A stretch of DNA of 64,000 nucleotides, taken from Flavobacteriales bacterium. Its GTDB lineage: Bacteria > Bacteroidota > Bacteroidia > UBA10329. Location: positions 4,242-68,241 of the forward strand of contig WGMW01000004.1 of the NCBI GenBank assembly GCA_016124845.1. The letters are read 5' to 3'. The stretch's first letter is position 1. Every line of letters begins with the position of its first letter. The notes beneath the pieces are model-generated. The model was given only the letters and a program-made list of their open reading frames with translations, did no database searches and was not told where the DNA came from. Below are positions 19,916-30,528 of the stretch, in pieces. Made by a program: the position numbers and the translations under genes.

Positions 19916-21400
19916 ATGGGAATCCGCTCCATATTGGCCAAACCTTTAGCGTGGTGGACGCACCGCCAAACGGTTGCGTGGAGCAGCAAGCCCGTTGCAA
20001 CACAACAGAAGGTTTTCGCAGAACTCATCTCAAAGGCCAAGGAAACTTCCTTCGGGAAAGACCACGATTTTCTGCGGATCCGGAACCATGAAGATTTTGT
20101 AAAACGCGTTCCTATTCGGGATTATGAGGAATTGAAACCCTATTTCGAACGAACGGCAAGCGGAGAAGAAAATGTGCTGTGGCCAGGAAAACCGCTCTAT
20201 TTGGCCAAAACCAGCGGAACCACTTCGGGCGCTAAGTACATTCCGATAACTCGCGATAGCATTCCGAACCATTTGAACGGAGCCAAGAATGCATTGCTTA
20301 GTTACATCCACGAAACAGGAAATTCGCAGTTTTTGGATGGTAAACTGATATTTCTTTCGGGTTCGCCCGAACTGGAAAAGAAGAACGGCATTCATGTAGG
20401 GCGACTTTCTGGCATCAGCAACCATTTCGTTCCTGATTATCTGCGCACCAATCAAATGCCGAGTTACGAGACCAACTGTATCGAAGATTGGGAAACCAAG
20501 GTCGATGCCGTTGTGGAAGAAACATTGAAAGAACGCATGACGCTCATTTCGGGCATTCCAAGTTGGGTTCAGATGTATTTCGATAAGATTCAAGAACGCA
20601 CAGGAAAGCAAGTGAAAGATGTGTTTCCTGATTTCTCCCTGTTCGTTTACGGAGGCGTGAACTTTGAACCTTATCGCGCCAAAATGGAAGCCAGCATCGG
20701 CAAGAAGATCGACAGCATTGAGCTGTTTCCGGCATCGGAAGGTTTCTTCGCGTATCAGGACAAACAGCATGAAAAAGGCATGCTGCTCATTCTCAATGCG
20801 GGCATTTTCTACGAGTTCGTTCCTGCGGATGAAGTTCACAACGAAAACCCAACACGCCTGACCATTGGCGAAGTGGAACTGGGCAAGAATTACGCGCTTA
20901 TTGTGAGTAATAACGCTGGTCTGTGGGGCTACAATATTGGCGATATGGTTCAGTTCGTAAGCAAAGACCCTTACCGCGTGATCGTTTCAGGCCGCGTAAA
21001 GCATTTTACCTCCGCCTTTGGTGAGCACGTGATTGCCAAGGAAGTGGAAGCTGCGCTGAACAAGGCTTTGACGGAAAACGGTGGCGAGGTGATCGACTTT
21101 CATGTGGCACCACAGGTCAACCCCGCCTCAGGCGGGTTGCCATACCATGAGTGGTTCATCAGCTTCGCGAAGCGCCCTGAAAACATGGAGCAATTCGCTT
21201 CAACTATCGATAAGGAATTACAGGAACAGAACATCTACTACAAAGATCTGATTTCGGGGAATATTCTCCGACCAGCGGTAATTACCGAAGTCGCTGAAGA
21301 TGCGTTCATCAACTACGCACGTTCGCAAGGAAAATTGGGCGGGCAGTTCAAATTGCCACGCTTGGCGAATGATAGAAACGTGGCGGATCAGCTTACTTGA
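19916..21400 (+). CDS. GH3 auxin-responsive-promoter family acyl-adenylate enzyme
   Basis: KTSGTTSGAKYIP, ASEGFF, YNIGDMV, GQFKLPRL. Confidence 0.9.
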   Translation: MGIRSILAKPLAWWTHRQTVAWSSKPVATQQKVFAELISKAKETSFGKDHDFLRIRNHEDFVKRVPIRDYEELKPYFERTASGEENVLWPGKPLYLAKTSGTTSGAKYIPITRDSIPNHLNGAKNALLSYIHETGNSQFLDGKLIFLSGSPELEKKNGIHVGRLSGISNHFVPDYLRTNQMPSYETNCIEDWETKVDAVVEETLKERMTLISGIPSWVQMYFDKIQERTGKQVKDVFPDFSLFVYGGVNFEPYRAKMEASIGKKIDSIELFPASEGFFAYQDKQHEKGMLLILNAGIFYEFVPADEVHNENPTRLTIGEVELGKNYALIVSNNAGLWGYNIGDMVQFVSKDPYRVIVSGRVKHFTSAFGEHVIAKEVEAALNKALTENGGEVIDFHVAPQVNPASGGLPYHEWFISFAKRPENMEQFASTIDKELQEQNIYYKDLISGNILRPAVITEVAEDAFINYARSQGKLGGQFKLPRLANDRNVADQLT

Positions 21401-21419
21401 TCATTCCTATTTTCGGAGT

Positions 21420-22814
21420 ATGAAAACAACCGTCCGAATCCTCGCCTTCCTCGTCCTTCTTTACCTCATCCCGACCGCTTACCTCAATTTCAAAGAACCC
21501 GTGGAGCATTGGGATTGGGACAAGATTGACCTGAGCGACATTTCGTTCCCTGATAATTTCATTTGGGGCGTTTCGTCAGCAGCGCATCAGGTGGAAGGAA
21601 ACCACACCACCAACAATTGGGCGGACTGGGAAAAGCAAGTGGACGAAGATGGAAATCCACGCATAGCGCGAGGTGAAAAATGTGGCCTCGCATGCGACCA
21701 CTGGAACCGCTATCCCGAAGACATCAAACTGATGCAGGAACTGGGCGTTTCAAGCTATCGTTTCTCTGTTTCGTGGAGCAAGATCATGCCTGAAGAAGGC
21801 AAGGTTGATACAGCCGCACTTCAACATTATTCTGATATGGTCGATAGCCTTTTGGCAGCTGGAATTGAGCCGATGATCACGCTGCATCACTTCTGTCACC
21901 CAATGTGGTTCGAGGAAAAAGGAGCGTTCGAAAAGGAGGAGAACATTCAGGATTTCGTGGATTTCTCGGCCATCGTTTTCAAGGCACTTCACGAACGGGT
22001 GAAGTATTGGTGTACGCTCAATGAGCCAGCTGTTTTCGTCATCGCGGCCTACTTCGATGGCAATTTCCCGCCAGGAAAACAAGACCCGAAATTGGCCGCA
22101 GAGGTGTTGAAGAACATGTACCTCGCTCACGTTAAGGTTTATGAGAAATTGAAGAGTATCCCTCGCGGAGAACGCGCCATGATCGGCATTGTGAAGAACA
22201 TGCACCAGATTGACCCGATGAACGATTGGAATCTCTTTGACAGGTTGCTTTCACGAACCGTGAACCAAGGTTTCAACGGCTCGTTCATCGGCACATTCAC
22301 CAAAGGTGTTTACCGTTTCAGTTTCCCAACATTGGTTGATCTGAAAGCAGACATTCCGAACGCGCCTTACACGCTCGATTTCGTTGGATTGAATTACTAC
22401 AGTCACAACGCCATGGATTTCTCACTGAACTTGGATGAAGCGCTGAAAACCCGCATGTACCCCAACGAAACCCCGACCGACATGGATTACACCATGTACC
22501 CCGAAGGTTTTTACCGAGCCATCAAGGAGATTTCGGCTCTCAATCGTCCAATAATTATCACAGAAAATGGCGTGGCCGATGCGGATGATGACATCCGTGG
22601 CGAGTTCATCAGAAAGTATCTCTATGCTGTTTCGAAGGCGATAAAAGATGGGTATAATGTGCGCGGCTATTACTACTGGTCGCTGATGGACAACTTTGAG
22701 TGGGACCTCGGTTATGATGAACGTTTCGGGTTGTACGAAGTGAATTTCGACACGCAGGAACGCACGCTTCGCGAAGGTTCAAAAGAATATCAGCGGATTG
22801 TGAAAGCGAATTAA
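21420..22814 (+). CDS. glycoside hydrolase family 1 with N-terminal membrane anchor
   Basis: FIWGVSSAAHQVEG, TLNEP, ITENG, WSLMDNFEW. Confidence 0.95.
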   Translation: MKTTVRILAFLVLLYLIPTAYLNFKEPVEHWDWDKIDLSDISFPDNFIWGVSSAAHQVEGNHTTNNWADWEKQVDEDGNPRIARGEKCGLACDHWNRYPEDIKLMQELGVSSYRFSVSWSKIMPEEGKVDTAALQHYSDMVDSLLAAGIEPMITLHHFCHPMWFEEKGAFEKEENIQDFVDFSAIVFKALHERVKYWCTLNEPAVFVIAAYFDGNFPPGKQDPKLAAEVLKNMYLAHVKVYEKLKSIPRGERAMIGIVKNMHQIDPMNDWNLFDRLLSRTVNQGFNGSFIGTFTKGVYRFSFPTLVDLKADIPNAPYTLDFVGLNYYSHNAMDFSLNLDEALKTRMYPNETPTDMDYTMYPEGFYRAIKEISALNRPIIITENGVADADDDIRGEFIRKYLYAVSKAIKDGYNVRGYYYWSLMDNFEWDLGYDERFGLYEVNFDTQERTLREGSKEYQRIVKAN

Positions 22815-22817
22815 CCT

Positions 22818-22876
22818 CGTCATGCTGAACTTGTTTCAGCATCTACTGGAGACCCTGAAACAAGTTCAGGGTGACG
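22818..22876. repeat. palindromic intergenic repeat
   Basis: CGTCATGCTGAACTTGTTTCAG ... CTGAAACAAGTTCAGGGTGACG inverted arms. Confidence 0.7.
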
Positions 22877-22906
22877 GACGAGAGACGTTGACTCGTAAAT
22901 TCGACC

Positions 22907-24208
22907 ATGCGAAACCCATTTTTCGTTTTTCCTTTTCTCTTTTTTCTGACCATCGGCAACGCATTTGGTCAATCCCAGCATTGCCTTGCCGACCGCTACG
23001 CGCAAGATGCGCTTTTCGATAGTTCAGAAATTCAGATCACGCCAGATGTGCATTTCGCCACTTCCATGCGTTGGCCAAGTGCAACCATGGACAGTTTGCG
23101 GATGGATATTTACATGCCCGACCCGAACATCGATCCAGTTCAATCGCGACCACTGATCGTGATGACGCATGGCGGTGCGTTTTTAGCTGGCGACCGAACC
23201 GACATGGCCCCTTACGCCATGGAGATGGCAAGGCGCGGTTTCGTTACGGCCACCATCTCGTACCGTTTGGGCTGGAACTGTTCGGCAACCGATGTTTTCG
23301 GTCCGTGCATCAGTTGCCAGTCGGAAGCGTGGCGGTTGAAAGCCGCTGCTTATCGTGCGGTGCAGGACAACCGCGCGGCCATCCGCCATTTGGTGCATAA
23401 TGCCGCAGACCTCGGCATCGATACTTCGTACATTTTCCTGCAAGGCGAAAGTGCGGGCTCCATCACTTCGTTGAAATCCGCGTTTTGGGATCAATCCGAA
23501 GGTGAAGCGTTCTGCACCACCTGTTTGGATGACCTCGGCATGTTGGACACGGCAGGAAACGACCTGACGGAAACATTCACCATCAAAGGCGTGATCAACA
23601 ACTGTGGCGGCATTGCCAACGTGAACCAAGGCGTGATGGACGGACAGGATATTCCCGTGATCGGATTTCATACCGAATGGGATTGCGTGGTGCCATATCA
23701 GAGCGGTTCCGTGCTGAACTGCGCCCCAGCCAATTGCGGTGCGTTTTTCTGGGTCACGGGCTCCGATTACATCCGCGCGCGGCTCAATCAGAATGGCATT
23801 TGCTACAACATGAACCGCTACTTGGCCAACATCAACCATTGCGATTATCCGTTCGGTGCCATCGTGGGAAAATCGAGCTGTTTCCTGAAAAGTATTCTGT
23901 GCGAAAACTGCACGTCATCGGTCACCGATCAGATATGGGATATTCCCGATTGCTCTGCTGGCGGTTTTGTTTCCATTCAAGAAAAGGAAGCCACAAAATG
24001 GGTTCAGTTGAACGGAAACAGATTGATCTTCGAACCTGAAGCCACGATTACTTCCATTCAGGTTTTTGACGTTTCCATGCGATTGTTGATGAGCATTTCT
24101 GCAAACAGCTCCATCGTAGAACTTCCGTCAACGCTGCGCGGATGCATGTTCGTAAGGATCGATGCGGAAAACCGCACCACGGAGATGTTGAAGTGGTGTA
24201 ATTTCTAA
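22907..24208 (+). CDS. secreted alpha/beta hydrolase (esterase-like), probable T9SS cargo
   Basis: signal peptide, HGGAF oxyanion motif, GESAG nucleophile elbow, degenerate C-terminal sorting domain. Confidence 0.85.
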   Translation: MRNPFFVFPFLFFLTIGNAFGQSQHCLADRYAQDALFDSSEIQITPDVHFATSMRWPSATMDSLRMDIYMPDPNIDPVQSRPLIVMTHGGAFLAGDRTDMAPYAMEMARRGFVTATISYRLGWNCSATDVFGPCISCQSEAWRLKAAAYRAVQDNRAAIRHLVHNAADLGIDTSYIFLQGESAGSITSLKSAFWDQSEGEAFCTTCLDDLGMLDTAGNDLTETFTIKGVINNCGGIANVNQGVMDGQDIPVIGFHTEWDCVVPYQSGSVLNCAPANCGAFFWVTGSDYIRARLNQNGICYNMNRYLANINHCDYPFGAIVGKSSCFLKSILCENCTSSVTDQIWDIPDCSAGGFVSIQEKEATKWVQLNGNRLIFEPEATITSIQVFDVSMRLLMSISANSSIVELPSTLRGCMFVRIDAENRTTEMLKWCNF

Positions 24209-24252
24209 CTCTTGCCCATCCTACCAATTGAGGTACTTTTGCGGCTTCGCGA

Positions 24253-25422
24253 ATGAGTGACAACAAGACAGATAAACGGCACATCGCCATCCTTGGCTCC
24301 ACCGGTTCTATTGGAACACAGGCGCTGGAGGTTTTGGAGGCAAATCCTGAGGTTTTTGAGTTAGAGGTGCTAACTGCGCATAGCAGTGCTGAACTTCTGA
24401 TAGAGCAAGCGCTCAAATTCAAACCTAATTGCGTGGTCATTGGCGATGAAAGCCAATTCAAGAAGGTGCAGGACGCACTTTTCGATGAGGGCATCAAGGT
24501 GTATGCTGGCGCGGACAGTCTGGCGCAGGTGGTGCAGATGGAAGACATCGATATTGTGCTTACTGCGTTGGTCGGTTATGCAGGATTGCGCCCTACATTG
24601 GCGGCAATTGACGCAGGAAAACACATCGCGTTAGCCAACAAGGAAACGCTTGTTGTGGCTGGCGAAATCGTAACCGACCTCGCTCGGAAAAAGGGCGTAA
24701 ACATCTATCCTGTCGATAGTGAGCATTCGGCCATTTTCCAATGTTTGGTAGGTGAGTTTCACAATCCGATCGAAAAGATCTATCTGACGGCTTCTGGTGG
24801 TCCGTTCCGTGGACAGAAACGTGAACAATTGGCGGCTGTGACCAAAGCTCAGGCCCTCAAACACCCGAATTGGGACATGGGTGCCAAGATCACCATCGAC
24901 AGTGCTTCGATGATGAACAAAGGCTTGGAAGTGATCGAAGCAAAATGGCTGTTCGGGCTGAAGAATGAGCAGATCGATGTGATTGTGCATCCGCAAAGCA
25001 TCATCCACAGCATTGTTCAGTTTGAGGACGGTAGCATGAAAGCGCAGATGGGTTTGCCGGACATGAAGCTTCCGATCCAGTTTGCGCTCGGCTATCCGAA
25101 CCGATTGAAGTCGGATTTTCCTCGTTTCAACTTCTTGAATTACCCGCAACTCACGTTTGAGAAGGCGGACACGGAAACCTTCCGCAACTTGGCATTGGCG
25201 TTTGAGGCGCTGAACCAAGGTGGAAATCAACCCTGCATTCTCAACGCGGCCAATGAAATTGCTGTTGATGCGTTCCTGAAAGACCGCATCGGCTTCCTCG
25301 AAATGTCAGACATCATCGAACAATCGATGCAACGCGTGTCTTTCATAAAAAAACCTAACTATGACGACTATGTGGCAACAGATGCGGAAACTCGCGTGTT
25401 GGCACTCGAAATGATCAACTAA
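24253..25422 (+). CDS. dxr: 1-deoxy-D-xylulose 5-phosphate reductoisomerase
   Basis: LGSTGSIG, LANKETL, PVDSEHSA, HPNWDMGAKITIDSA. Confidence 0.98.
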   Translation: MSDNKTDKRHIAILGSTGSIGTQALEVLEANPEVFELEVLTAHSSAELLIEQALKFKPNCVVIGDESQFKKVQDALFDEGIKVYAGADSLAQVVQMEDIDIVLTALVGYAGLRPTLAAIDAGKHIALANKETLVVAGEIVTDLARKKGVNIYPVDSEHSAIFQCLVGEFHNPIEKIYLTASGGPFRGQKREQLAAVTKAQALKHPNWDMGAKITIDSASMMNKGLEVIEAKWLFGLKNEQIDVIVHPQSIIHSIVQFEDGSMKAQMGLPDMKLPIQFALGYPNRLKSDFPRFNFLNYPQLTFEKADTETFRNLALAFEALNQGGNQPCILNAANEIAVDAFLKDRIGFLEMSDIIEQSMQRVSFIKKPNYDDYVATDAETRVLALEMIN

Positions 25423-26766
25423 ATGGATATACTCATCAAGGCGGGACAGCTCCTGCTCAGTCTCACCATCCTTGTCACACTTCACGAGCTCGGGCACTTC
25501 ATCCCAGCACGGCTTTTCGGCACACGTGTCAAGAAATTCTACCTGTTCTTCGACTTCCTTTTTCCGCTTCCGAACGTGCTCAACTTCTCGCTTTTCAAGA
25601 TAAAGCGTGGCGAAACTGAGTACGGAATCGGTTGGTTCCCAATGGGCGGCTACGTGCAAATTGACGGCATGGTGGACGAAAGCATGGACACAGAAGCGTT
25701 GAAGGAAGAACCAAAGCCATGGGAGTTCCGCAGCAAACCAGCTTGGCAACGATTGATCATCATGCTTGGTGGAGTGACGGTAAATCTGATCCTCGGATTC
25801 CTCATTTACAGCATGGTGCTGTTCACTTGGGGTAAGGAGAAATTGCCGCTTGCCAACATGGATTATGGCGTTTACGCAGACTCTACACTCCACAAATACG
25901 GCATTGCGGATGGTGATAAGATCCTTGGTCTCAATGATACGAGCGTGCATTACTTCGAACAGCTTGGGAAGGCGGTTCTGATCCATGGCGCACGGACCAT
26001 TGAGATTGAGCATAATGGTAAGAAAGAGATGGTCGCACTTCCGGCAGACATCGAGAAAGAACTGCTTGGAAATGGAACCAAAAGTCTGTTCATGCCACGC
26101 TATCCGTTCGAGGTGGACAGCGTCCTACCCGGTGATCTGGCCATGCAGGCAGGGTTCAAAAAAGGCGACCGCATTATTCGTGTTGATACCACTTCAACGC
26201 CTGGTTTCTTTGAGGGATTGAAAGCCATTAAGGCAAATACCGGGAAAGAAATCAACGTAGTTGTACTGCGTGACGGAGAGGAAAAAACACTCACAACCAA
26301 AGTGAGTGATGAAGGCCGCATCGGTATTCAGCTTTGCATGGTGAACGACTTCCTGAAAACGGAAACCTACCGTTACACGTTCTTCGAATCAATTCCTGCC
26401 GGGTTTGTGGAGACGGGAAATGTGCTGAACGGATATGTTTCAAGCCTTAAGCTGCTTTTCTCAAAAGAAGGTGCTTCGCAGATCGGTGGTTTCGGCTCCA
26501 TTGGAAGCATGTTCCCTTCCACTTGGGATTGGCATTCGTTCTGGTCGATGACCGCATTTCTCTCGCTGGTGCTGGCCATCATGAACGTACTTCCGATACC
26601 TGCTTTGGATGGTGGCCACGTGGTATTCCTGCTCTACGAGATGGTGGTGGGCAAAAAGCCGAGCGACAAGTTCATGGAGTACACCCAAACCGTTGGAATG
26701 ATCCTGTTGCTTACCTTGCTGTTGCTCGCCAACGGCAACGACATCTACAAGTTCTTCCTCAAATAG
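25423..26766 (+). CDS. rseP: RIP metalloprotease RseP
   Basis: HELGH, PDZ region, NVLPIPALDGG. Confidence 0.95.
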   Translation: MDILIKAGQLLLSLTILVTLHELGHFIPARLFGTRVKKFYLFFDFLFPLPNVLNFSLFKIKRGETEYGIGWFPMGGYVQIDGMVDESMDTEALKEEPKPWEFRSKPAWQRLIIMLGGVTVNLILGFLIYSMVLFTWGKEKLPLANMDYGVYADSTLHKYGIADGDKILGLNDTSVHYFEQLGKAVLIHGARTIEIEHNGKKEMVALPADIEKELLGNGTKSLFMPRYPFEVDSVLPGDLAMQAGFKKGDRIIRVDTTSTPGFFEGLKAIKANTGKEINVVVLRDGEEKTLTTKVSDEGRIGIQLCMVNDFLKTETYRYTFFESIPAGFVETGNVLNGYVSSLKLLFSKEGASQIGGFGSIGSMFPSTWDWHSFWSMTAFLSLVLAIMNVLPIPALDGGHVVFLLYEMVVGKKPSDKFMEYTQTVGMILLLTLLLLANGNDIYKFFLK

Positions 26767-26771
26767 ACCGA

Positions 26772-27629
26772 ATGCGTTTTCTGGTTCTTGCTTTCCTTCT
26801 CTTTCCGCTGTTCGGGATTTCCCAAACAGACATGTTCGGAGATGAAAAAGTGACAAAAACGGACCAAGACGTTTACGCAGAAGGAACGAAGGAAGAAGCC
26901 AAGATCCTGATCATTCCGTTTGAGGAAAAGCTGTTCTACTGCGACATTATGCGTGACCTGACCGAGGTGAACCAAATGACGCAGCTGGAAATTTTCAATC
27001 GCTTGCGAAATGAGATCCAATTGAGTTTGCAGGCTGCGCTGAAAGACAGCATGGAAACGGCCACGTTCCTGAATACCGACAGCATTACGGATGAAGACCT
27101 CATTGACATTTACGAGGTTCTTGGCTACAAGTATGTTCCCGTTCCGGTTGAAGAGAAAGATGAGAAATCAGGGAAAACAAAAAAGAAAACGGTTCAGCCG
27201 CCAGCACCCCAAAAGGAAGTGGGCATCCGTAACGGACATGTAGTTGCTGAGCGCGATGCAACCGAGCGTTATATGAACGCCCAGCTGAAAAACTACGCTG
27301 TTCTCAATCGGTTTTACTCCAATTATGGACTGAACCGCTTTCTGTTCATCAACCAGATGGATGTGAAAATGGACCTCTCCGATCCCGAAACCGCTTTTAT
27401 TGATCCGAAACGCATGGTAGCCATCCACTACACTATTATGGACAAAGATGGGAAACAGATTAGCGGTGGATTGGCCTCGGAGCATTTCCCAGGAACGGAA
27501 AGCCGCCTCAACTACATCATCGGCAGCACATTCTACAAGCTGTCTACAGAGGTTTTAAAATCGCTGGTCAAAGCGGAGAAGAAGGAAGAAGAAGCGGAGG
27601 AAAATCGCCAATCGAAAACGAAGGACTGA
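26772..27629 (+). CDS. hypothetical exported protein
   Basis: signal peptide MRFLVLAFLLFPLFGISQ; in operon after rseP. Confidence 0.75.
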   Translation: MRFLVLAFLLFPLFGISQTDMFGDEKVTKTDQDVYAEGTKEEAKILIIPFEEKLFYCDIMRDLTEVNQMTQLEIFNRLRNEIQLSLQAALKDSMETATFLNTDSITDEDLIDIYEVLGYKYVPVPVEEKDEKSGKTKKKTVQPPAPQKEVGIRNGHVVAERDATERYMNAQLKNYAVLNRFYSNYGLNRFLFINQMDVKMDLSDPETAFIDPKRMVAIHYTIMDKDGKQISGGLASEHFPGTESRLNYIIGSTFYKLSTEVLKSLVKAEKKEEEAEENRQSKTKD

Positions 27630-27631
27630 TT

Positions 27632-27718
27632 TGTCATGCCGAGCAAAGCTTGCGTAGCCGAGACATCTAACTCTATGGGCTAAGATTTCTCCGCTCCCTT
27701 CGGTCGATCGAAATGACA
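27632..27718. repeat. palindromic intergenic repeat (TGTCAT...ATGACA family), copy 2
   Basis: shares its 37-nt arm with 14866-14902; lies between convergent genes. Confidence 0.75.
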
Positions 27719-27724
27719 GAAGCC

Positions 27725-28336
27725 TTATGGAATCAACACCGTTCCCGTCAGGATCAACACTCCAAGCACAAAACCAACATACACCTGAAGAGGTGTGTGG
27801 GCATTCAGTTTCAAACGTGCAAAACCGACCAATCCGCTCAGAACGGTAAGCGCCATCACCAGCGGCACCACATCCACTTGGTAACGCAGCGCCAAACCGA
27901 TGATCGTTCCCACAATGCCGCCCATGCCGAGCATGTGGATGCTCACTTTCCATTTCAGGTTGATGACAAATGCGATTGCTACCGAAAGCGCGGCACCAAG
28001 GATCAAATCCAAAAACAGGCTCGGAACAGGAACGCGGGAGAAAATGTAGAACGTGCTGAGATGAAAGACGATGATGCTCAGGAATGGCAACGACCGCTCT
28101 TTGGCCGTGTGCATGTGCAACGATTCGATCAACCCGCTGCGCAGAAAGTAATAGAACACGCTCATCGGAAAGATCACCGTGTTCAGTAGCGTGATGATGA
28201 AAATGGATTTCCACACATCCAGCGGAACCGCGTATGTGATGTAGGTGTTGGCGTGATAGAGAATGACCAACGAGTAGATCGGAACGAAAATGGGTTGGAA
28301 AATGATGGACAGCGCCATCGCGAAGTTTCTTTCCAT
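27725..28336 (-). CDS. PAP2-like integral membrane protein
   Basis: about 6 TM; KVSIHM and ARLKLNAHTPLQVYVG motifs. Confidence 0.75.
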   Translation of the reverse strand: MERNFAMALSIIFQPIFVPIYSLVILYHANTYITYAVPLDVWKSIFIITLLNTVIFPMSVFYYFLRSGLIESLHMHTAKERSLPFLSIIVFHLSTFYIFSRVPVPSLFLDLILGAALSVAIAFVINLKWKVSIHMLGMGGIVGTIIGLALRYQVDVVPLVMALTVLSGLVGFARLKLNAHTPLQVYVGFVLGVLILTGTVLIP

Positions 28337-29145
28337 CACAGTTTCAGTTCAAATTCATCAGCATCATCCAACGGGCGGAACTTAGCGCGAAAATCGTCCA
28401 GGTCCGTTTTGGAAAGTGCAATCGTTTCGATGGCCGCTTCTCCCACTTCAAATGAGCAAAGAATCTCGCCTTTCGGGCTTACCACCAACGAACTTCCATC
28501 GTATTCAATTCCTTTTCCGTCCGTACCAACGCGGTTCACACCAACTACATAACATTGGTTTTCGTGCGCCCGCGCCACCAGCAAACTTCTCCATGCTGAA
28601 GAACGCACAGCAGGCCAATTGGCCACGTAGATCAACACGTCATACATGTCCGATTTCAAGTTTCTGCTGAAAACAGGAAAACGCAGATCGTAGCACACCT
28701 GTGGCATCACTCGCCAACCGTTCGGGCCATCTATCAGAACGCGCTGTTTCCCTGCGGTGAAGAACTTGTCTTCATCTGCAAAACTGAACCGATGCCGCTT
28801 GTCATACCATGTAAAACTACGGTCGGGATTTGCCCATAGCATGCGGTTGTAAAACTTCCCACCAGAACCGCCTGTAGTGCATTCTTCACGAATGATGACG
28901 CTGCCAGTGATTGTTGCATCCAATTCGGTGGAAAGGTCACGGACCCAAGCTACAGTTCTGCCATCCATCGGTTCGGCCAATTGACGGACATTCATGGTAA
29001 AACCTGTGGTGAACATTTCGGGCAGCACGATCAGATCGGTCTGGCGTTTGAGCGGACGAAGTTTCTCCTCCCAGAATTTTAGGTTGGCCGCTTTGTCTTC
29101 CCAAACCAGCGGTTGCTGGCAAACGGTTACGCGTAGATCATTCAT
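28336..29145 (-). CDS. nitrilase-family omega-amidase (YafV/MtnU-like)
   Basis: LPEMFTTGF, YDKRH, VCYDLRFP catalytic triad. Confidence 0.9.
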   Translation of the reverse strand: MNDLRVTVCQQPLVWEDKAANLKFWEEKLRPLKRQTDLIVLPEMFTTGFTMNVRQLAEPMDGRTVAWVRDLSTELDATITGSVIIREECTTGGSGGKFYNRMLWANPDRSFTWYDKRHRFSFADEDKFFTAGKQRVLIDGPNGWRVMPQVCYDLRFPVFSRNLKSDMYDVLIYVANWPAVRSSAWRSLLVARAHENQCYVVGVNRVGTDGKGIEYDGSSLVVSPKGEILCSFEVGEAAIETIALSKTDLDDFRAKFRPLDDADEFELKL

Positions 29146-29169
29146 TTGAGGAAAGATTTGATTGAAAAA

Positions 29170-29288
29170 GACCTCCCCCAACCCCTCCTATCAAGGAGGG
29201 GAGCCATGATTCTTCGCAGAGCTCAGATGTACCCACCAATTCTCCCCCATGAAAGGGGGAGTGTCCGCCCGAGGCGGACGAGGGGGTC
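29170..29288. repeat. GC-rich intergenic repeat with nested hairpins
   Basis: CCCCTCCT..AGGAGGGG, CTCCCCC..GGGGGAG and GTCCGCC-CGA-GGCGGAC hairpins. Confidence 0.55.
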
Positions 29289-29307
29289 GTTTCAAACCAT
29301 CGCTGGC

Positions 29308-30462
29308 TCATAATTTAACCAGTTTTTCTGCCGCTTTCTCCAAGGTTTCGTCCTCTTTCGCAAAGCAGAAACGGAGAAAATGGTCGTCATTTTTCTCGTG
29401 ATAGAACACAGAAACGGGAATGGATGCCACCCCGAACTCCTTGGTCATTCGCACCGCGTATTCGGTGTCTTTTTCGTCTGATATTTTGGAATAGTCCAAC
29501 AACTGAAAGTAGGTTCCTTCACTTGGCCTGATCTTGAAACGCGAACCTGAAAGCAGCTGCACAAAACGGTCGCGTTTTTCCTGATAGAAACTACCGAGTT
29601 CCAGATAATGTTCGCGGTCGTTGAGGAACTCGGCCAGCGCGTGTTGCGCAGGCGTGTTCACCGAAAACACATTGAACTGATGCACCTTCCTGAACTCTGT
29701 CATCAGCTCCTTCGGTGCCAACACATGGCCGATCTTCCAACCCGTGTTATGATACGTTTTCCCGAAAGATGAAACGATGATGGAACGCTCCGCCAGCTTC
29801 GGATAGCGCGCCACGCTCTGATGTTCCAACCCATCGAAAATGATGTGCTCATACACCTCATCGCTCAAGATGATGATGTCGGTGTTGTCCGTAAGCTTTT
29901 GCAGCTTGAGCATGTCGGCCGCACTCATCACGCGCCCCGAAGGGTTGTGAGGCGTGTTGATGATGATCATCCGCGTACGCTGATTGATAAGGCGTTTTAC
30001 TTTTTCCCAATCGATCAGTTCGCCCGAAAGGTTCATCTGAATGTACATGGCCTTGCCGCCATGGATCTCGATGGCTGGCACATAGCAATCGTATGCTGGC
30101 TCAAAAATGATGACCTCATCGCCTTCGTTGATGAAGGCCGAGATGGCCGTGTAAATGGCCTGCGTGGCACCAGCCGTAATGTTGATCTCCGTTTCGGGAT
30201 CGTACTTGGCCGAATAGAGCTCTTCCACTTTCTCCGCCAACTTTTCGCGGAGCGAAATCACGCCCTGCATGGGCGAATACTGATTGAACCCTTTCAGCAT
30301 GTACTGATGCGTGAGCTCGACCAATCGTTTCGGGATGCTGAAATCAGGAAATCCTTGCGAGAGATTGATGGCACCTGTTTCGCGCGCCAGACCGCTCATC
30401 ACCGTAAAAATGGTAGTGCCTTGCTGCGGCAATTTCGAACGGACAACGCCAGGGAATTTCAT
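29308..30462 (-). CDS. methionine aminotransferase (YbdL-like, PLP class I)
   Basis: TTIFTVMS, INLSQGFPDF, SDEVYEH, SSFGKTYHNTGWKIG; adjacent to an omega-amidase. Confidence 0.9.
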   Translation of the reverse strand: MKFPGVVRSKLPQQGTTIFTVMSGLARETGAINLSQGFPDFSIPKRLVELTHQYMLKGFNQYSPMQGVISLREKLAEKVEELYSAKYDPETEINITAGATQAIYTAISAFINEGDEVIIFEPAYDCYVPAIEIHGGKAMYIQMNLSGELIDWEKVKRLINQRTRMIIINTPHNPSGRVMSAADMLKLQKLTDNTDIIILSDEVYEHIIFDGLEHQSVARYPKLAERSIIVSSFGKTYHNTGWKIGHVLAPKELMTEFRKVHQFNVFSVNTPAQHALAEFLNDREHYLELGSFYQEKRDRFVQLLSGSRFKIRPSEGTYFQLLDYSKISDEKDTEYAVRMTKEFGVASIPVSVFYHEKNDDHFLRFCFAKEDETLEKAAEKLVKL

Positions 30463-30528
30463 AGGGGCGAAGTTAACGATGTATGATATTCACAATCGAG
30501 ATTAACTTAGAGGAACCATAATCTCGAA

